Shown here one piece after another: positions 37,889 through 49,030 of a DNA stretch of 64,000 nucleotides. The notes below the pieces were generated by a model, which was not told the DNA's origin, did not search any database, and saw nothing but the letters and a program-made list of their open reading frames with translations. Source of the DNA: Thermodesulfobacteriota bacterium (GTDB taxonomy: Bacteria > Desulfobacterota > Desulfarculia > JACQYL01). Both the position numbers and the translations under genes were made by a program. How positions within the stretch are numbered: the stretch's first letter is position 1; every line of letters begins with the position of its first letter. Location of the stretch: contig CAXXLZ010000002.1 in assembly GCA_963675595.2 (NCBI GenBank), positions 2,784,001-2,848,000 of the forward strand, given 5' to 3'.

Positions 37889-38205
37889 GGGTTGTCCTCT
37901 ATCATCGGTCTTTCCGCCGGGCGTTTCCGTTCAGGGCGGGCTCGGCGAACACCCCGGGAGCCGGGACTTGTTGGAACAACTTGGCGGCCTTCGCCGGTGA
38001 AGCGGTAATCGGGGCCACCGGTCCGGGCCCCGGATGCCGTCCTTACGACCCCTGCTCTTCACTTGAGCCAGCCGGTCTTGAAGCGGTCGTGACCCCGAAT
38101 TGTGAATCGTCAGGGCAAGAACGGTCGGGTTTTCAGCACCGATGTGCATATCACGACGGTCTATTCAAGTCAACTCCCTATTCTCACTGAATTTATCAGC
38201 GGAAC

Positions 38206-39540
38206 TCATCCCCCTTCCACCATCAGGACGATCTTGTCCACCACCTCTTCGGGATTTTCCCCGCAAACGATCATTTGAGGCTCCAGCGCGAATCCCCCCT
38301 CGTGCCGGAGAATGTCCGGCGGGATGTCGCTCACGGCGGGCGAAAACTTGATCTCCAAAGCCCCACCCGAGCCCCGAGCCTCCGTCCATTGGATCCCGTG
38401 GACGGACAGCCCCTCCTTCTCCGCCCTCTCCACGAACCCGTCAACGAGCTTGAGGTTGATCGCGGCTCGAATGGTGGGGAACAAAGCGGTCATTGCCGGG
38501 AGCAGATTCCCCATAAAAGGCGAAACTCCGAAGTCCGGTGGGCTGAACGCGCTGATTCCGTCATAGTACCGGACGATCCCTCCGGGAAAAGACGCCGTCT
38601 CCCCGACACTTGCAGCGCGAGGCAATGCATAGACCAGATCGGCGGGAACATTTGGAAGGAGATAAGTGGGTTTCAAATCCTCCAGGGTCCCAAGGGCTTC
38701 CTCCAGCTTCTCCACCATGATCCGTCTTTCGCGTTCCAGAGCGAGCTGAGCGAAATGATTGGTGGGGCCGTGGCCATGACCCAGGGGTAAAGCGTGCCGG
38801 ATCGCCAAATCAATAAAGGATCTGGCTTGCCGCACGGCCTCGGGTACCGAATGCCCGCAACCCAGTCCTGCCGCTATGGCTGCTGAAAACGTACACCCGG
38901 TGCCGTGGGTGTGAGGGGTATCGTACCGGACCGCCTCGAAATCAAGGAAATCCCGTCCGTCGTAAAGCATATCCACCGGAGAGCGAGGCATGTGCCCTCC
39001 CTTGACCACCACGTTTTCAGCCCCGAGCCCATGAATGATTCGGGCCGCTTCCTGCATGTCCCCTCGATCGGAAATCTCAAGCCCCGCAAGGATTTCCGCT
39101 TCCGGCACGTTGGGAGTCACCACGCGGGACAAAGGAATCAGCGCCTTCCTTACAGCCTCACGCGCCTCGGCAAGCAATAGAGCGTCTCCGCTTTTCGCGA
39201 CCATTACCGGGTCCACAACCAGGTTACGGATCCCGTGTTCCTTCACCTTGTCCGCAACCAGTTCGACAATGTCGGCACTGAGCAGCATCCCCGTTTTAGC
39301 TGCATCGACACCAATGTCTTCGGCTACCGCGTCGATCTGCAACGCAATGAAATCCAGCGGGACCTCGTGGATACCCTTCACCGCCGTGGTGTTTTGGGCG
39401 GTCAACGCGGTCAGTACGCTCATGCCGAAACCACCCAGCACGGTGATGGTCTTCAAGTCGGCTTGAATTCCCGCGCCTCCACCCGAATCGGACCCGGCGA
39501 TTGTCAAGATTCTTGGAATGGTCCGGTCTTCTCCGATCAT
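38206..39540 (-). CDS. thiD: Hydroxymethylpyrimidine/phosphomethylpyrimidine kinase with a C-terminal ThiN-like domain
   Basis: IAGSDSGGGAGIQADLKT, DPVMVAKSG, THGTGCT; ~175-aa C-terminal extension with ThiN-like pattern. Confidence 0.92.
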   Translation of the reverse strand: MIGEDRTIPRILTIAGSDSGGGAGIQADLKTITVLGGFGMSVLTALTAQNTTAVKGIHEVPLDFIALQIDAVAEDIGVDAAKTGMLLSADIVELVADKVKEHGIRNLVVDPVMVAKSGDALLLAEAREAVRKALIPLSRVVTPNVPEAEILAGLEISDRGDMQEAARIIHGLGAENVVVKGGHMPRSPVDMLYDGRDFLDFEAVRYDTPHTHGTGCTFSAAIAAGLGCGHSVPEAVRQARSFIDLAIRHALPLGHGHGPTNHFAQLALERERRIMVEKLEEALGTLEDLKPTYLLPNVPADLVYALPRAASVGETASFPGGIVRYYDGISAFSPPDFGVSPFMGNLLPAMTALFPTIRAAINLKLVDGFVERAEKEGLSVHGIQWTEARGSGGALEIKFSPAVSDIPPDILRHEGGFALEPQMIVCGENPEEVVDKIVLMVEGG

Positions 39541-39701
39541 GTCGGCCGCTCCTTCGTACGCAGGGGTGCACAGTCCAGGGAGGATCCGCGTCGGTCGCGA
39601 CGTGGATACCGGCCCGTGCGCGCTCCCTGTGCTTCACTGGATAATTTTTTTGGACCCGACTTCTTTCGCACCGGCAAATAGGTCTGCCTCCCAAGGGAGA
39701 A

Positions 39702-41597
39702 TCAGCCGGCCGCGTCCTCAAGGTCCAACTGGCAGAGATCGGCCTTTTCATCGAACCGAAACGCGATGCGAAACACGCCGTCCTCGGCCATGGTACGCAC
39801 TCGGTAACCGGTTCGGTAGAACACATTCAGCATCTTCCGATTGGTGCTCAATACGTAAGCGGTAAAGCCGGCAATACCGTTTGCTTTGGCGATCTCCGTC
39901 AGGAAATGCAACAGAAACGACCCGACGCCTTTGCGCTGCAACTCATGGCTCACGGTGAAGTCCACTTCGGCCATGTCCGAATTGGGTTCCATGAGATAGC
40001 GCCCCATGGCTACGATACGTTCCGCTCCGATGTCTCCCATGACTCCCACAATGGCCACGCCGTCCTCATAATCGATGTTGCACATGGCCTGCGTGTCGTA
40101 ATGGGAGAAGACCTTCATGTTGGAAAGAAATCGGTAATAGATGTCTTCTTTGGGCAGGGAATAAAAAAATTCCTGTAAAGGACGTTCATCCGTCGGCCGA
40201 ATGGACCGGAAGAAGACCCGAACATCGTCTTTGAAAGTCTGCCATGTTTCCAGGTTCGGGTAGGCCAGTTCCATGCCGGTTTCGAGAATCTGGTCCTCGT
40301 AGAGAAATTTCAGTTGTTTGGCTTCGGCCAGAAGCTTGTCCCGGAACTTGGGATGAGCGATGCTGATCAGGGCCAAGGCCCGCTCTCGAATCGTCAGACC
40401 GTGCAGGTTTGCAATACCGAACTCGGTGATCACATACTGAACGGAACCGCGCGTAATGACCACCCCGCTTCCTTCATCGAGATGTGTCACGATGCGGGAC
40501 CGTTTCCCATCCCTGCTGATGGAAGGCATGGCCACGATGTGCCTTCCGTTTTCGGACATGCGCGTACCCACCATGAAATCCACGTAACCGCCGATACCGC
40601 TCAATATCTGGTAGCCTCTCGAATCCGCGCATACCTGCCCCGTGATATCCACTTGAACGGCGGAGTTGATGGACACCATGTGATCATTGGCCGCTATGAC
40701 CGTAGGATTGTTTACGTGCTCCGTCGGATAAAACTGCACTTGCGGATTGTCCCTTACGAGATCGTAAAGCCGCTTTGTCCCGATGCAAAAGCTGGCGATG
40801 ATCCTTCCGGCATGCTTGGTCTTCATTCGGGAAGTCACCGCCCCGGATTCGATCAATTCCAGAAAGGCGTCGTGAAGCACGTCGGTATGGATGCCCAGGT
40901 CCTTCTTCCCTTTAAGCGCCCTGAGCGCCTCGACACAAACCGCGTTCATGCCCGCATGTATTGTCGACCCGTCCTCCACGAGCTTGGCGACCTGTTCTCC
41001 GATGCGCTCATGGATGGAACTGGGAGTGCTTGCCGCCCACTCCAAGAGCGGCTCCTCGTGCTCGACAATGATGTCCAAGTCGTTGACGTGAATGAAGCTG
41101 TCGCCCCAGACTCTGGGCATGGCCGGATTCACCTGTGCCACCACGGTCCTGGCGCTTTCCGCGGCGGCTTTGGTAATGTCCACACTAATGCCGTAAGAGC
41201 AAAAACCGTGTTTGTCGGGGGGCGAAACCTGAATCAGGGCCACATGGATGGGAACCCGACCCGAGGTGAAAAGAGCGGGAACGTCCCTCAAATAGATCGG
41301 CGTGTAGTCGGCGCGACCTTCGGATACGGCCTCTCGCGAACCCGATGCGATGTAGAAGGACTTGAGCCGGAAATGGCCGGCGAATTCCGCATTGGTATAA
41401 GCCCGTTTGCCCATGGAAAGGGCGTGCAGTATTTCAATATCGGAAATGTACCAGCGCAGGGAAGCCAAAGAGTTGACCAGATGCTGAGGCTCTCCGCAGC
41501 CGGACCCGATGAAGACGCGCTCTCCGGGTTTGATTACCTTCAACGCCGTCTCGGCATCTCTCTTCTTTGCCTGATAATCCTTTTCCCAATCATGCAT
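39702..41597 (-). CDS. Acetyl-CoA hydrolase/CoA-transferase fused to a C-terminal GNAT acetyltransferase
   Basis: GSGCGEPQHL, VSPPDKHGFCSYG, SGIGGYVDF, ITEFGIANLHG; GNAT region AEVDFTV..QRKGVG..NRKM. Confidence 0.88.
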   Translation of the reverse strand: MHDWEKDYQAKKRDAETALKVIKPGERVFIGSGCGEPQHLVNSLASLRWYISDIEILHALSMGKRAYTNAEFAGHFRLKSFYIASGSREAVSEGRADYTPIYLRDVPALFTSGRVPIHVALIQVSPPDKHGFCSYGISVDITKAAAESARTVVAQVNPAMPRVWGDSFIHVNDLDIIVEHEEPLLEWAASTPSSIHERIGEQVAKLVEDGSTIHAGMNAVCVEALRALKGKKDLGIHTDVLHDAFLELIESGAVTSRMKTKHAGRIIASFCIGTKRLYDLVRDNPQVQFYPTEHVNNPTVIAANDHMVSINSAVQVDITGQVCADSRGYQILSGIGGYVDFMVGTRMSENGRHIVAMPSISRDGKRSRIVTHLDEGSGVVITRGSVQYVITEFGIANLHGLTIRERALALISIAHPKFRDKLLAEAKQLKFLYEDQILETGMELAYPNLETWQTFKDDVRVFFRSIRPTDERPLQEFFYSLPKEDIYYRFLSNMKVFSHYDTQAMCNIDYEDGVAIVGVMGDIGAERIVAMGRYLMEPNSDMAEVDFTVSHELQRKGVGSFLLHFLTEIAKANGIAGFTAYVLSTNRKMLNVFYRTGYRVRTMAEDGVFRIAFRFDEKADLCQLDLEDAAG

Positions 41598-42076
41598 GGG
41601 GATATCTTTCCTTATGAATGACCTCAATTCCATGTGAGGGGAACGTTCCAAATTCGATTTCCGCCCCTTTGGAGGAATTCCCGCCTAAGCTTGGGGCGAG
41701 TGAGGAAACGGACTATGGAGGTGTCGCGGTGCTTCTCTTAAGATACGACGCCCCTAACAGATTAACAGAACAGACCCCAAGTTCAAGTCATTTCCCCTCG
41801 GAACGCTTTTGAAAAACCCATTGATTCATGTTAGGCTTCGGCTCGTTGCGGATCGAAGAGCGACGAGGCTTAAGAGCGGTTCGCCGAGCTTTCCACAAAG
41901 CCCTCCGGCCCGGTTTTATCCGAAAAAACGAGCGGTCTTCCGTCAATCGGGGGCTTCTCCATCTCTTCCGCCGGGAGCTCATAAATTCATACCCGCTTCC
42001 GAGTCGTCGGGTTCTGAACGGAATCAGCCCGAGCCCGTCGCGACGAATCCTCACCTCCTGCCGAGGGGACCTCCTC

Positions 42077-43288
42077 ATGGAGATCAAACCGACTTCCTAT
42101 ATTGAACGCCAGATGGGCGGCATGGACTATTTTCTTCTCTGGTTCGGCGCTTCCATTTCCATAGCCGAAATCTATGCCGGCAGTATTCTCGCCTCTCTGG
42201 GTTGGGTCATGGGGATGGCAGCGGTTCTCCTGGGACACCTCATCGGCAACCTTCCCCTCGCCTTGGGCGCCCTGGTCGGCAGTGAGCGCGGGTTGCCCAC
42301 CATGTATCTATTGAGGCCCACTTTCGGAAGGCACGGCTCATATCTGGCGTCCGTGTTGAACATCCTGCAATTGGTCGGCTGGACGGCGATCATGCTGCTG
42401 ATCTGTGAAAAAGCCGTTCGGGCCCTGCTGCCCGACCTCACCCTGGGGTACGCCAAATTGTTCATCGTGGTTCCCGGAATCGTTTGTACGATTTGGGCGC
42501 TATTGGGAAAGTCGTCTTTCAAATGGCTTCAGCGTCTCTCCATCATCACCCTGAGCACCCTGTGTCTCGGGATGACTCTCATGCTCTTTCTCAAACACGG
42601 AGAATTGGGCATTCAGAAGATGGGTGCCGACGGCGGGTTGTCTTTTGGAGTGGGTCTTGATCTCTGCATCGCCATGCCCATATCCTGGCTGCCGCTGGTG
42701 GCCGACTATTCCCGTTTCGCACGATCGGCCAAGGGAGGCTTCTTCGGCACCTACCTCGGTTATTTCATCGGAAGTTCCTGGATGTTCGCGCTCGGCCTGT
42801 CCAGCGGATTGATCCTGGGCAAACCGGACCCCATCATGGCGTTCGCCTCGCTCTGGTTCGGCCTTCCCGCTTTGGTCATCGTGTTGTTCAGTACTTTCAC
42901 CACGACATTCATGGATATCTACTCCTCGGCCGTATCGGCTTTGAACCTGAACCCAAAGGTTCGGATCGAAGTCTGTACGGTGCTCTCCGGCGCCCTGGGC
43001 ATCCTGGTGGCCCTGGTCTTCCCCATCGAACGCTATGAGTCGTTTCTGCTTCTGATCGGGTCCTTCTTTATTCCGCTTTTCGGCATTGCCTTGACCCATT
43101 ATTTTTTCCTTGACTACGAAGCGGTTCCCAAACGAAAGGCGGATTGGGGCGCTTTGGCGGTTTGGCTTGCGGGCGTCGGTCTCTACCAGGGTTGCCTGCG
43201 CGCCGACCTTGTGGTTGGAGCCTCCCTGCCCGCGCTTTTGGGCTCAGGACTACTTTTTTTTATCATGAAAAGATTTTTTGGAAGATAA
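42077..43288 (+). CDS. cytX: Putative hydroxymethylpyrimidine transporter (NCS1/CytX family)
   Basis: LWFGASISIAEI, NILQLVGWTAIM, AMPISWLPLVADYSR, STFTTTFMDIYS; located near thiD. Confidence 0.8.
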   Translation: MEIKPTSYIERQMGGMDYFLLWFGASISIAEIYAGSILASLGWVMGMAAVLLGHLIGNLPLALGALVGSERGLPTMYLLRPTFGRHGSYLASVLNILQLVGWTAIMLLICEKAVRALLPDLTLGYAKLFIVVPGIVCTIWALLGKSSFKWLQRLSIITLSTLCLGMTLMLFLKHGELGIQKMGADGGLSFGVGLDLCIAMPISWLPLVADYSRFARSAKGGFFGTYLGYFIGSSWMFALGLSSGLILGKPDPIMAFASLWFGLPALVIVLFSTFTTTFMDIYSSAVSALNLNPKVRIEVCTVLSGALGILVALVFPIERYESFLLLIGSFFIPLFGIALTHYFFLDYEAVPKRKADWGALAVWLAGVGLYQGCLRADLVVGASLPALLGSGLLFFIMKRFFGR

Positions 43289-43295
43289 TAAGAAT

Positions 43296-44297
43296 ATGAC
43301 CAGCGAGCGAAAGAAATGGTTGCAGCCTATTGGTTGGATCAAGCAAGGAATCCATTACCTTTCAGGTGTGCGAAGCAAATTCTTCGGAATCAAGACGATC
43401 GCGCTCGTGGGCGAAAGCGGCACGGGTAAGAGCTTTCACGCCCAGTCCATCGCCTCCTTGCTTAATTGTTCCTACATCATAGACGACGGATTGCTGATTC
43501 ACGGACAGCAGATTCTCGCCGGCAAGACGTCGAAGAACGAAGTTTCGCCGCTCAAGGCCATCCGACGCGCCATTTTCACCGACGACAAGCACATGCAGGC
43601 GGTTCGAGATACGATCCGCAGCCGCCACGCCGATCGGATCATGATTATCGGTACGTCGGAAAAGATGGTTCGCCTGATCTGCGAACGTTTGGGGCTACCT
43701 CAACCCTCACGCACGGTTTACATACACGAATTCGCCCAACCGGAAGACCTGATGGCGGCCCGTCGAAGCCGGGACATGGAAGGCAAACACGTGATCCCCG
43801 CACCTCAGGTCGAAGTGAAGAAGGTGTTCTCTCACGCCATCGTGGCCTCCGTGTCCCAGCTGATCGCCTCGTACCGACTCCACCGGCACCCTCCTCAAAC
43901 CATCGAAAAATCGGTGGTTCGCCCGGGGTACCAGATGGGCAGGCTGACCATTTCCGAATCCGCCCTCGCCTCTCTCGTCAAAGTCGTCATCGAACGACAC
44001 GACCCCGGAGTGGAGGTTCATCAGGTCCGAGTTCAGCTCAGCGACGGGCACATGCATGTTTACGGCGAGGTCGCCGTGGCGCTGGGCGACAATCTGCCCC
44101 AATCTTTGGGGCAGGCCCAGCAGGAAGTCTACAGCCAAGTGCGACAGTTCACCGGAATGCATGTGGAACGCGTGGATTTGAACGTGGTGGATATCCACCC
44201 GCCGATGGAGCTCGAAGCCGGCACGTCCGGCTGGAAGGCCCGACTGAAGAAAAAGAAGAAGGATAAGAAAAAAGAGCCGGAAGAGGAAGAAGGCTGA
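43296..44297 (+). CDS. P-loop NTPase with C-terminal Asp23/Gls24-like domain
   Basis: ALVGESGTGKS, IIDDGLLI, IIGTSEKMV, GKHVIPAP; C-terminal GRLTISE..QFTGMHVERVDLNV. Confidence 0.75.
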   Translation: MTSERKKWLQPIGWIKQGIHYLSGVRSKFFGIKTIALVGESGTGKSFHAQSIASLLNCSYIIDDGLLIHGQQILAGKTSKNEVSPLKAIRRAIFTDDKHMQAVRDTIRSRHADRIMIIGTSEKMVRLICERLGLPQPSRTVYIHEFAQPEDLMAARRSRDMEGKHVIPAPQVEVKKVFSHAIVASVSQLIASYRLHRHPPQTIEKSVVRPGYQMGRLTISESALASLVKVVIERHDPGVEVHQVRVQLSDGHMHVYGEVAVALGDNLPQSLGQAQQEVYSQVRQFTGMHVERVDLNVVDIHPPMELEAGTSGWKARLKKKKKDKKKEPEEEEG

Positions 44298-44344
44298 CAA
44301 CGCCCGCAGGCGCAGGTCCACTTGGTGGGAAGTCGCTTTGAGCC

Positions 44345-45751
44345 TTATTGTTTGTAGGTTTCTTTCGACAACCTGTAGAGCTTCATCTTGTTGTAAAGGG
44401 TCTTCTCGTCGATCCCCGCTCTTTCCGAGGTCCGGCGTATGTTGCCCGAGAACTCCTTGAGCAACGCCGCGAGGTACGCGGTTTCCAATTCCTGAACAAG
44501 CCGGTCCCTCAGCTCCCTCAAGGGGGCCTTGGTGTCCAACTGCCAATCCCCCGCCATGCCGCTCTGATACGAAGGCAGCTCCACGTCCGTGATTTCAGAC
44601 CCTCTGGTCATGATCACGGCCCGTTCTACGATGTTTTCCAGTTCCCGAACGTTTCCCGGCCAGAAATATCCCTCAAGTTTGTGCAGAACCTCGTCGCTGA
44701 TGGCATCCACCGGGCGTTTGAATCTCTCGGCATACTTCGCCAGAAAGTGATTCGCCAGCAGTGGAATGTCTTCTTTCCGCTCTCTCAAGGGCGGCAGAAT
44801 GATGGGGATGACGTTGAGTCGATAGTACAGGTCCTGACGGAAACGCCCTTCCTGCATTTCCTTTTCCATATCGCGATTGGTGGCGGAGATGATCCGGACA
44901 TCCACTTCGGTTAGTCTCTCACCGCCGACCCGCTCGAACGCCTTCTCCTGGATAACCCGAAGGAGCTTCTGCTGTACGGCGTGACTGGTGTTCCCGATCT
45001 CGTCCAGAAAGAGGGTCCCGCCGTGAGCCCGCTCGAACCGGCCGTGCTTCCTCGAAACCGCCCCGGTGAAGGCTCCCTTTTCGTGACCGAACAGCTCGCT
45101 CTCCAGCAGTGTTTCCGGCACGGCGGCGCAGTCCAGAGCGACGAAAGGCCCTTCTTTTCTCACGCTGTTGAAATGAATGGTTCTGGCCAGTTGCTCCTTG
45201 CCGGTACCCGTCTCTCCGGTAATGAGCACGGAAGAGTCCACATCCTGGATGGTACGAACCAACTGGAAGATCTTCTGCATGGCGGGACTCCGCCCGATCA
45301 TGCCGGAAAAAGACACGTAACGGTCTTCCAACAGGCCCTGCAATTCCTGATAACGAGCCGCGAGAGAAGCGTTTTCCGAACGAAGGGCGAGAGTCTCCTC
45401 TATTTTTTTCAACGTAATCTTGATATGCGGGAAATTGAGGGGCTTGAGAAAGAAGTCATAAGCGCCGGCCTTCATCACTTCGACGGCGGATTCAACCGTA
45501 CCGTAAGCCGTGATGACCAGCACTTCGGTTTCCGGATGCCCCGCTTTGACCTGTTTCACGACCTCCGCTCCGGACAGGCCCGGCATCATCAGGTCGGTTA
45601 CGACGATCTCGAAAGGACGCTCTTTGAGAAGATCGAGACCCTCCTGTCCGCTTGAGGCTGTTTCCACCGTATAGCCCCATTTTGAGAGCCTCATGCGCAT
45701 CAATTCCAGGATGAAGTGCTCATCGTCGATGACAAGAATGCTTAGAGACAC
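44345..45751 (-). CDS. sigma54-dependent response regulator (NtrC/AtoC family)
   Basis: REC (IDDE, TDLMMP), [33 protein letters not shown], Fis-type HTH. Confidence 0.95.
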   Translation of the reverse strand: MSLSILVIDDEHFILELMRMRLSKWGYTVETASSGQEGLDLLKERPFEIVVTDLMMPGLSGAEVVKQVKAGHPETEVLVITAYGTVESAVEVMKAGAYDFFLKPLNFPHIKITLKKIEETLALRSENASLAARYQELQGLLEDRYVSFSGMIGRSPAMQKIFQLVRTIQDVDSSVLITGETGTGKEQLARTIHFNSVRKEGPFVALDCAAVPETLLESELFGHEKGAFTGAVSRKHGRFERAHGGTLFLDEIGNTSHAVQQKLLRVIQEKAFERVGGERLTEVDVRIISATNRDMEKEMQEGRFRQDLYYRLNVIPIILPPLRERKEDIPLLANHFLAKYAERFKRPVDAISDEVLHKLEGYFWPGNVRELENIVERAVIMTRGSEITDVELPSYQSGMAGDWQLDTKAPLRELRDRLVQELETAYLAALLKEFSGNIRRTSERAGIDEKTLYNKMKLYRLSKETYKQ

Positions 45752-45752
45752 C

Positions 45753-47600
45753 CTAATCCTCCTCCACCGTTTCCAGCAGCGAACGGACCAGTTCTTTCAG
45801 AGCCCCCACGGTGAACGGCTTCACCAGTTGCCGCCAATGAACCGCTTCCGGAGGTGCCGGGAGTCCGGGTTCACTGGAATCCACCATCAAAACCGTATGC
45901 TTTTTGAGATCGGGCCATGAGGCTAGAATCCGTTCACAAACGTCCGATCCGGGCGTCCCGTCCACCTCCGAATCCACCAGAACCATGGGGATCGAACCCT
46001 GTCGAATTCGTTCAAGAGCTTTGTGCAATGAATCCGTTTGCTCCAAATCGATCGCTTCGTCTCTCAAGACACTGTCCAGCCATTCGCCCAACGAGAGATC
46101 ATCGGTGACGAGAAGACATTTGACGCGACGCAACGGTTCCGTAGGCTCTCGGGGGACCGCTGCGGAATACGGCAGTTCGACCACGAAACGGCCCCCTTCG
46201 GTTGGAGGGCTGGCCAGATAGATGTGGCCCCCGTGTTCCTTCACGATACCATAGGCGATGGACAACCCCAAACCGGTTCCTTTACCCGGCGGTTTGGTCG
46301 TGAAGAAGGGATCGAAAATCTTCCTGCGATACTCTTTTTTGATCCCGGGTCCGTTGTCTTCCACTTCCATGACCGCGCATCCTTCTATGCTCTGGGTCCG
46401 CAGCCGAACCAATCCGGGACGTTCCTGCTTGTTTTCCTCCACCGCATCGAAAGCGTTGGAAAACAGGTTCAACAGCACCTGTTGCAGTTGACTGGGATCA
46501 CCGTGAATCGCCGGTAAAGTCCGATCCAAATCCGTTTCCACGCGAATGCCGCTATTCTCGATGCGCCGATCCTGAATTCCCAGGATGGTTTCAATGAGCT
46601 CGTTAAGACTGCACTCTTCCTTTTCCGGCTTCCTTTGCCGCGAAAACGTCAACAGACTTCGGACCAGATGAGCCGATCTCTTGGCTTCGTGACAGATGGC
46701 CTCAAGAGCGGAGGCCGCATCTCCGGGCAGTCCGTGTGCTTCCCGTAGAAACTCGGCGAAGCCGAGAATCGTGGTGAGAGGATTGTTCAGTTCGTGAGCC
46801 ACCCCGGCCACCAGCTTTCCAATGGAAGAAAGCTTCTCGGCCTGGAAAAGTTGTTCTTCCAGAAGCTTCTGTTCCGTCACGTCCAAGCCGATGCAAAGCA
46901 CACCCCAAGGCTTGCCCTCGAGATCCTCGAGTGTGCCGGTCCTCCAGTTCACGTCCCGCTCCTGGCCCTCTTTGGAAATAAGCGTGCATTGGAACGATTG
47001 GTCCCGACGATCCCGCTTTTGGGTGGACAACCTCTCCAAGACCATGCCCCACTGACCTTCCGGAACGAACATCTCCATCCACTCCTTGCCGATCACCTCC
47101 ACCCGATTGTAGCCGGACATGACCTCGGCCGCCCGGTTGAAGAAGATGATCCGCCCCGCCAAGTCCAAGGCTACGATGGATACTCCGGCGGTTTCGGTGA
47201 TGGAGCTGGAGGCCTCCACCTGCCGACGTAACTCATCCTGGGCATTCTTGAACTCGCTCACATCGTGAGCCACGGCCAAGAGAAGAGAAGGTTTTTCGGC
47301 CATGCTCCGGCATCTGAGAAGCGTGGGCAACACTACGCCGTTCTTGGCCAGGAGCATCACCTCCAGACCCAAAACGGACTTCCGATGAAGGGAGGAAAGG
47401 TCCTTGAAGGCCCCGGCACCATCAACAATCAACGTTTCAAACGCGATTCCGATCAATTCGTCCGGAGAACGTTCCAGCAATCCACAAGCGGCTTTATTCG
47501 CCCTCCTGACGAAGCCGTCCTCCGCCAAGATGAACGAGGGATCCGGGTAGTCGTCGAAGAGGACCTCCCAGGACACGCCGTCCCACTCTTCCGCGATCAT
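45753..47600 (-). CDS. PAS-domain sensor histidine kinase with degenerate C-terminal receiver
   Basis: Two PAS domains, [33 protein letters not shown]. Confidence 0.93.
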   Translation of the reverse strand: MIAEEWDGVSWEVLFDDYPDPSFILAEDGFVRRANKAACGLLERSPDELIGIAFETLIVDGAGAFKDLSSLHRKSVLGLEVMLLAKNGVVLPTLLRCRSMAEKPSLLLAVAHDVSEFKNAQDELRRQVEASSSITETAGVSIVALDLAGRIIFFNRAAEVMSGYNRVEVIGKEWMEMFVPEGQWGMVLERLSTQKRDRRDQSFQCTLISKEGQERDVNWRTGTLEDLEGKPWGVLCIGLDVTEQKLLEEQLFQAEKLSSIGKLVAGVAHELNNPLTTILGFAEFLREAHGLPGDAASALEAICHEAKRSAHLVRSLLTFSRQRKPEKEECSLNELIETILGIQDRRIENSGIRVETDLDRTLPAIHGDPSQLQQVLLNLFSNAFDAVEENKQERPGLVRLRTQSIEGCAVMEVEDNGPGIKKEYRRKIFDPFFTTKPPGKGTGLGLSIAYGIVKEHGGHIYLASPPTEGGRFVVELPYSAAVPREPTEPLRRVKCLLVTDDLSLGEWLDSVLRDEAIDLEQTDSLHKALERIRQGSIPMVLVDSEVDGTPGSDVCERILASWPDLKKHTVLMVDSSEPGLPAPPEAVHWRQLVKPFTVGALKELVRSLLETVEED

Positions 47601-47656
47601 ATTTAGGCTCCGGGCAAAATGAAGAGGTCCACGATTGGATCTTCGGTAAGCCCAGG

Positions 47657-48058
47657 TCAGGTTTCCAGAGAATACTTGGGGGGTTTCTTCCTTACGGTAA
47701 AACCGATGATCCAGCCCGCCAGAAATACGGCACTGCCAATGAGAAACCAGCGCACCCTTGAGGACAGCTTCAAACGTTTGTACTGCTCCCTAAGCTCATC
47801 CATCTGCTCTTTCTGCTTGTTCAGTTTGGCTTCGAGCAGCTTGTACTTTTCCGATAACCGCCCCCCTGATTCGCTCCATTCGCCGGAACTTCCCGCCCAG
47901 GACGGTTCCACCGCTCCGGCCGGCACGCTTCCCTCCGAGGACTGCTGAACCGAAGTCCCCTCCCCTTGTTGGGCCCATGTCTGAAGGACCGATGCGGCTC
48001 CCGAGACAGCAAAAAAGACGACCAGGATAACGACCCCACGTGCCCGGCTTAACTTCAT
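47657..48058 (-). CDS. Exported coiled-coil protein with C-terminal membrane anchor (resembles the C-terminal half of TIGR04211 proteins)
   Basis: Signal peptide, short coiled coil, RWFLIGSAVFLAGWIIG followed by a basic tail. Confidence 0.6.
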   Translation of the reverse strand: MKLSRARGVVILVVFFAVSGAASVLQTWAQQGEGTSVQQSSEGSVPAGAVEPSWAGSSGEWSESGGRLSEKYKLLEAKLNKQKEQMDELREQYKRLKLSSRVRWFLIGSAVFLAGWIIGFTVRKKPPKYSLET

Positions 48059-48366
48059 GAATACACGCTCCCTTGCGGTTCTTCGGAGGCGGTTGCGGCG
48101 CCCCGGGCGTTCCGGTTTTCAACGGTCCGCCGAATGGCCGGCCTCTTTAGTTCAAGGAGAAAGACCATAAATAATGTTACAATGACTGCGGTCCGACCCG
48201 AACGATTTCAAGTACACTCTATTTGTTACCATTTCTATAGAGCAATCTCCCTCGGCTTTCAAGGATTCCGACCGTCGGTTCGGGAATTCGGAACCTTAGG
48301 GGGAAGACCGGTTCACAAGGTTCTTCTTCGCCTCCCATACTCATCCCCGCCGGGAAAGGAAAGCTT

Positions 48367-48837
48367 ATGAAACTCTATCTTGCAGGTCCCATTTTCTCAG
48401 AGGCGGACCAGAATTGGCTGAGGGCCCTAAAAGAAAAGATCGAGCTTTATTGTCGGGAAAAGCGACTCGGCCTCCAGGTGGTCTGGCCCTATGAGCTCAT
48501 GGATTCGGAGACCGCCCAACGCCTCGGACCCATGGCCAAGGGTGAAATATTTCGGCTGTGCAAAGGACATCTCGAGGACACCGACGTTCTCATCGCCTGC
48601 CTGGACGGTTCGCAAGTAGACGACGGAACCGCCTGGGAAATCGGCTATTACTTCGCCCGCAAACCGGGAAACCGACATCGGATATTGGGGATCCGGACGG
48701 ACTTTCGCAGAGCCGGAGAAACGGCATTTTCCACCGTGAACCTGATGATCGAGGAATCCTGCGACGTGCTGGTCCGCACTCCCGATGAACTCTTGACATC
48801 CCTCGAAAAATTGCTGTCTCCGTCCGATACCGTTTAA
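48367..48837 (+). CDS. Nucleoside 2-deoxyribosyltransferase family protein
   Basis: YLAGPIF, DGSQVDDGTAWEIGY, RTDFR, NLMI. Confidence 0.85.
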   Translation: MKLYLAGPIFSEADQNWLRALKEKIELYCREKRLGLQVVWPYELMDSETAQRLGPMAKGEIFRLCKGHLEDTDVLIACLDGSQVDDGTAWEIGYYFARKPGNRHRILGIRTDFRRAGETAFSTVNLMIEESCDVLVRTPDELLTSLEKLLSPSDTV

Positions 48838-48940
48838 GGACATCGGAAGGTCTTTTCCCGTTCAACAAGTCGACCGCACGTCGTAACCCGCCGGCCCTTG
48901 GTTCATCCCTACCATATATCAGGCTCGACGTATATCCGTC

Positions 48941-48969
48941 TTGACATAGCTTAAGCCTTGCCCTATTTC
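48941..48969 (+). promoter_or_regulatory. Putative sigma70 promoter of the porin/diheme protein pair
   Basis: TTGACA-N17-TATTTC. Confidence 0.5.
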
Positions 48970-49030
48970 TCACAAAGATATCGAAATTCATTCTTCTTAA
49001 CCATGCAGTCCGGAAAGGAGCCGGGGCCCA

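Noticed and set aside
41650-42076. TPP riboswitch upstream of cytX (also checked upstream of thiD)
   Set aside because: The core CTGAGA and CCTGAT..TAATGCC..CG.AGG elements were not found by eye
48911-48938. ModE-like operator (two TATAT half-sites) upstream of the porin
   Set aside because: The half-site spacing of 11 nt and the flanks do not fit the ModE consensus
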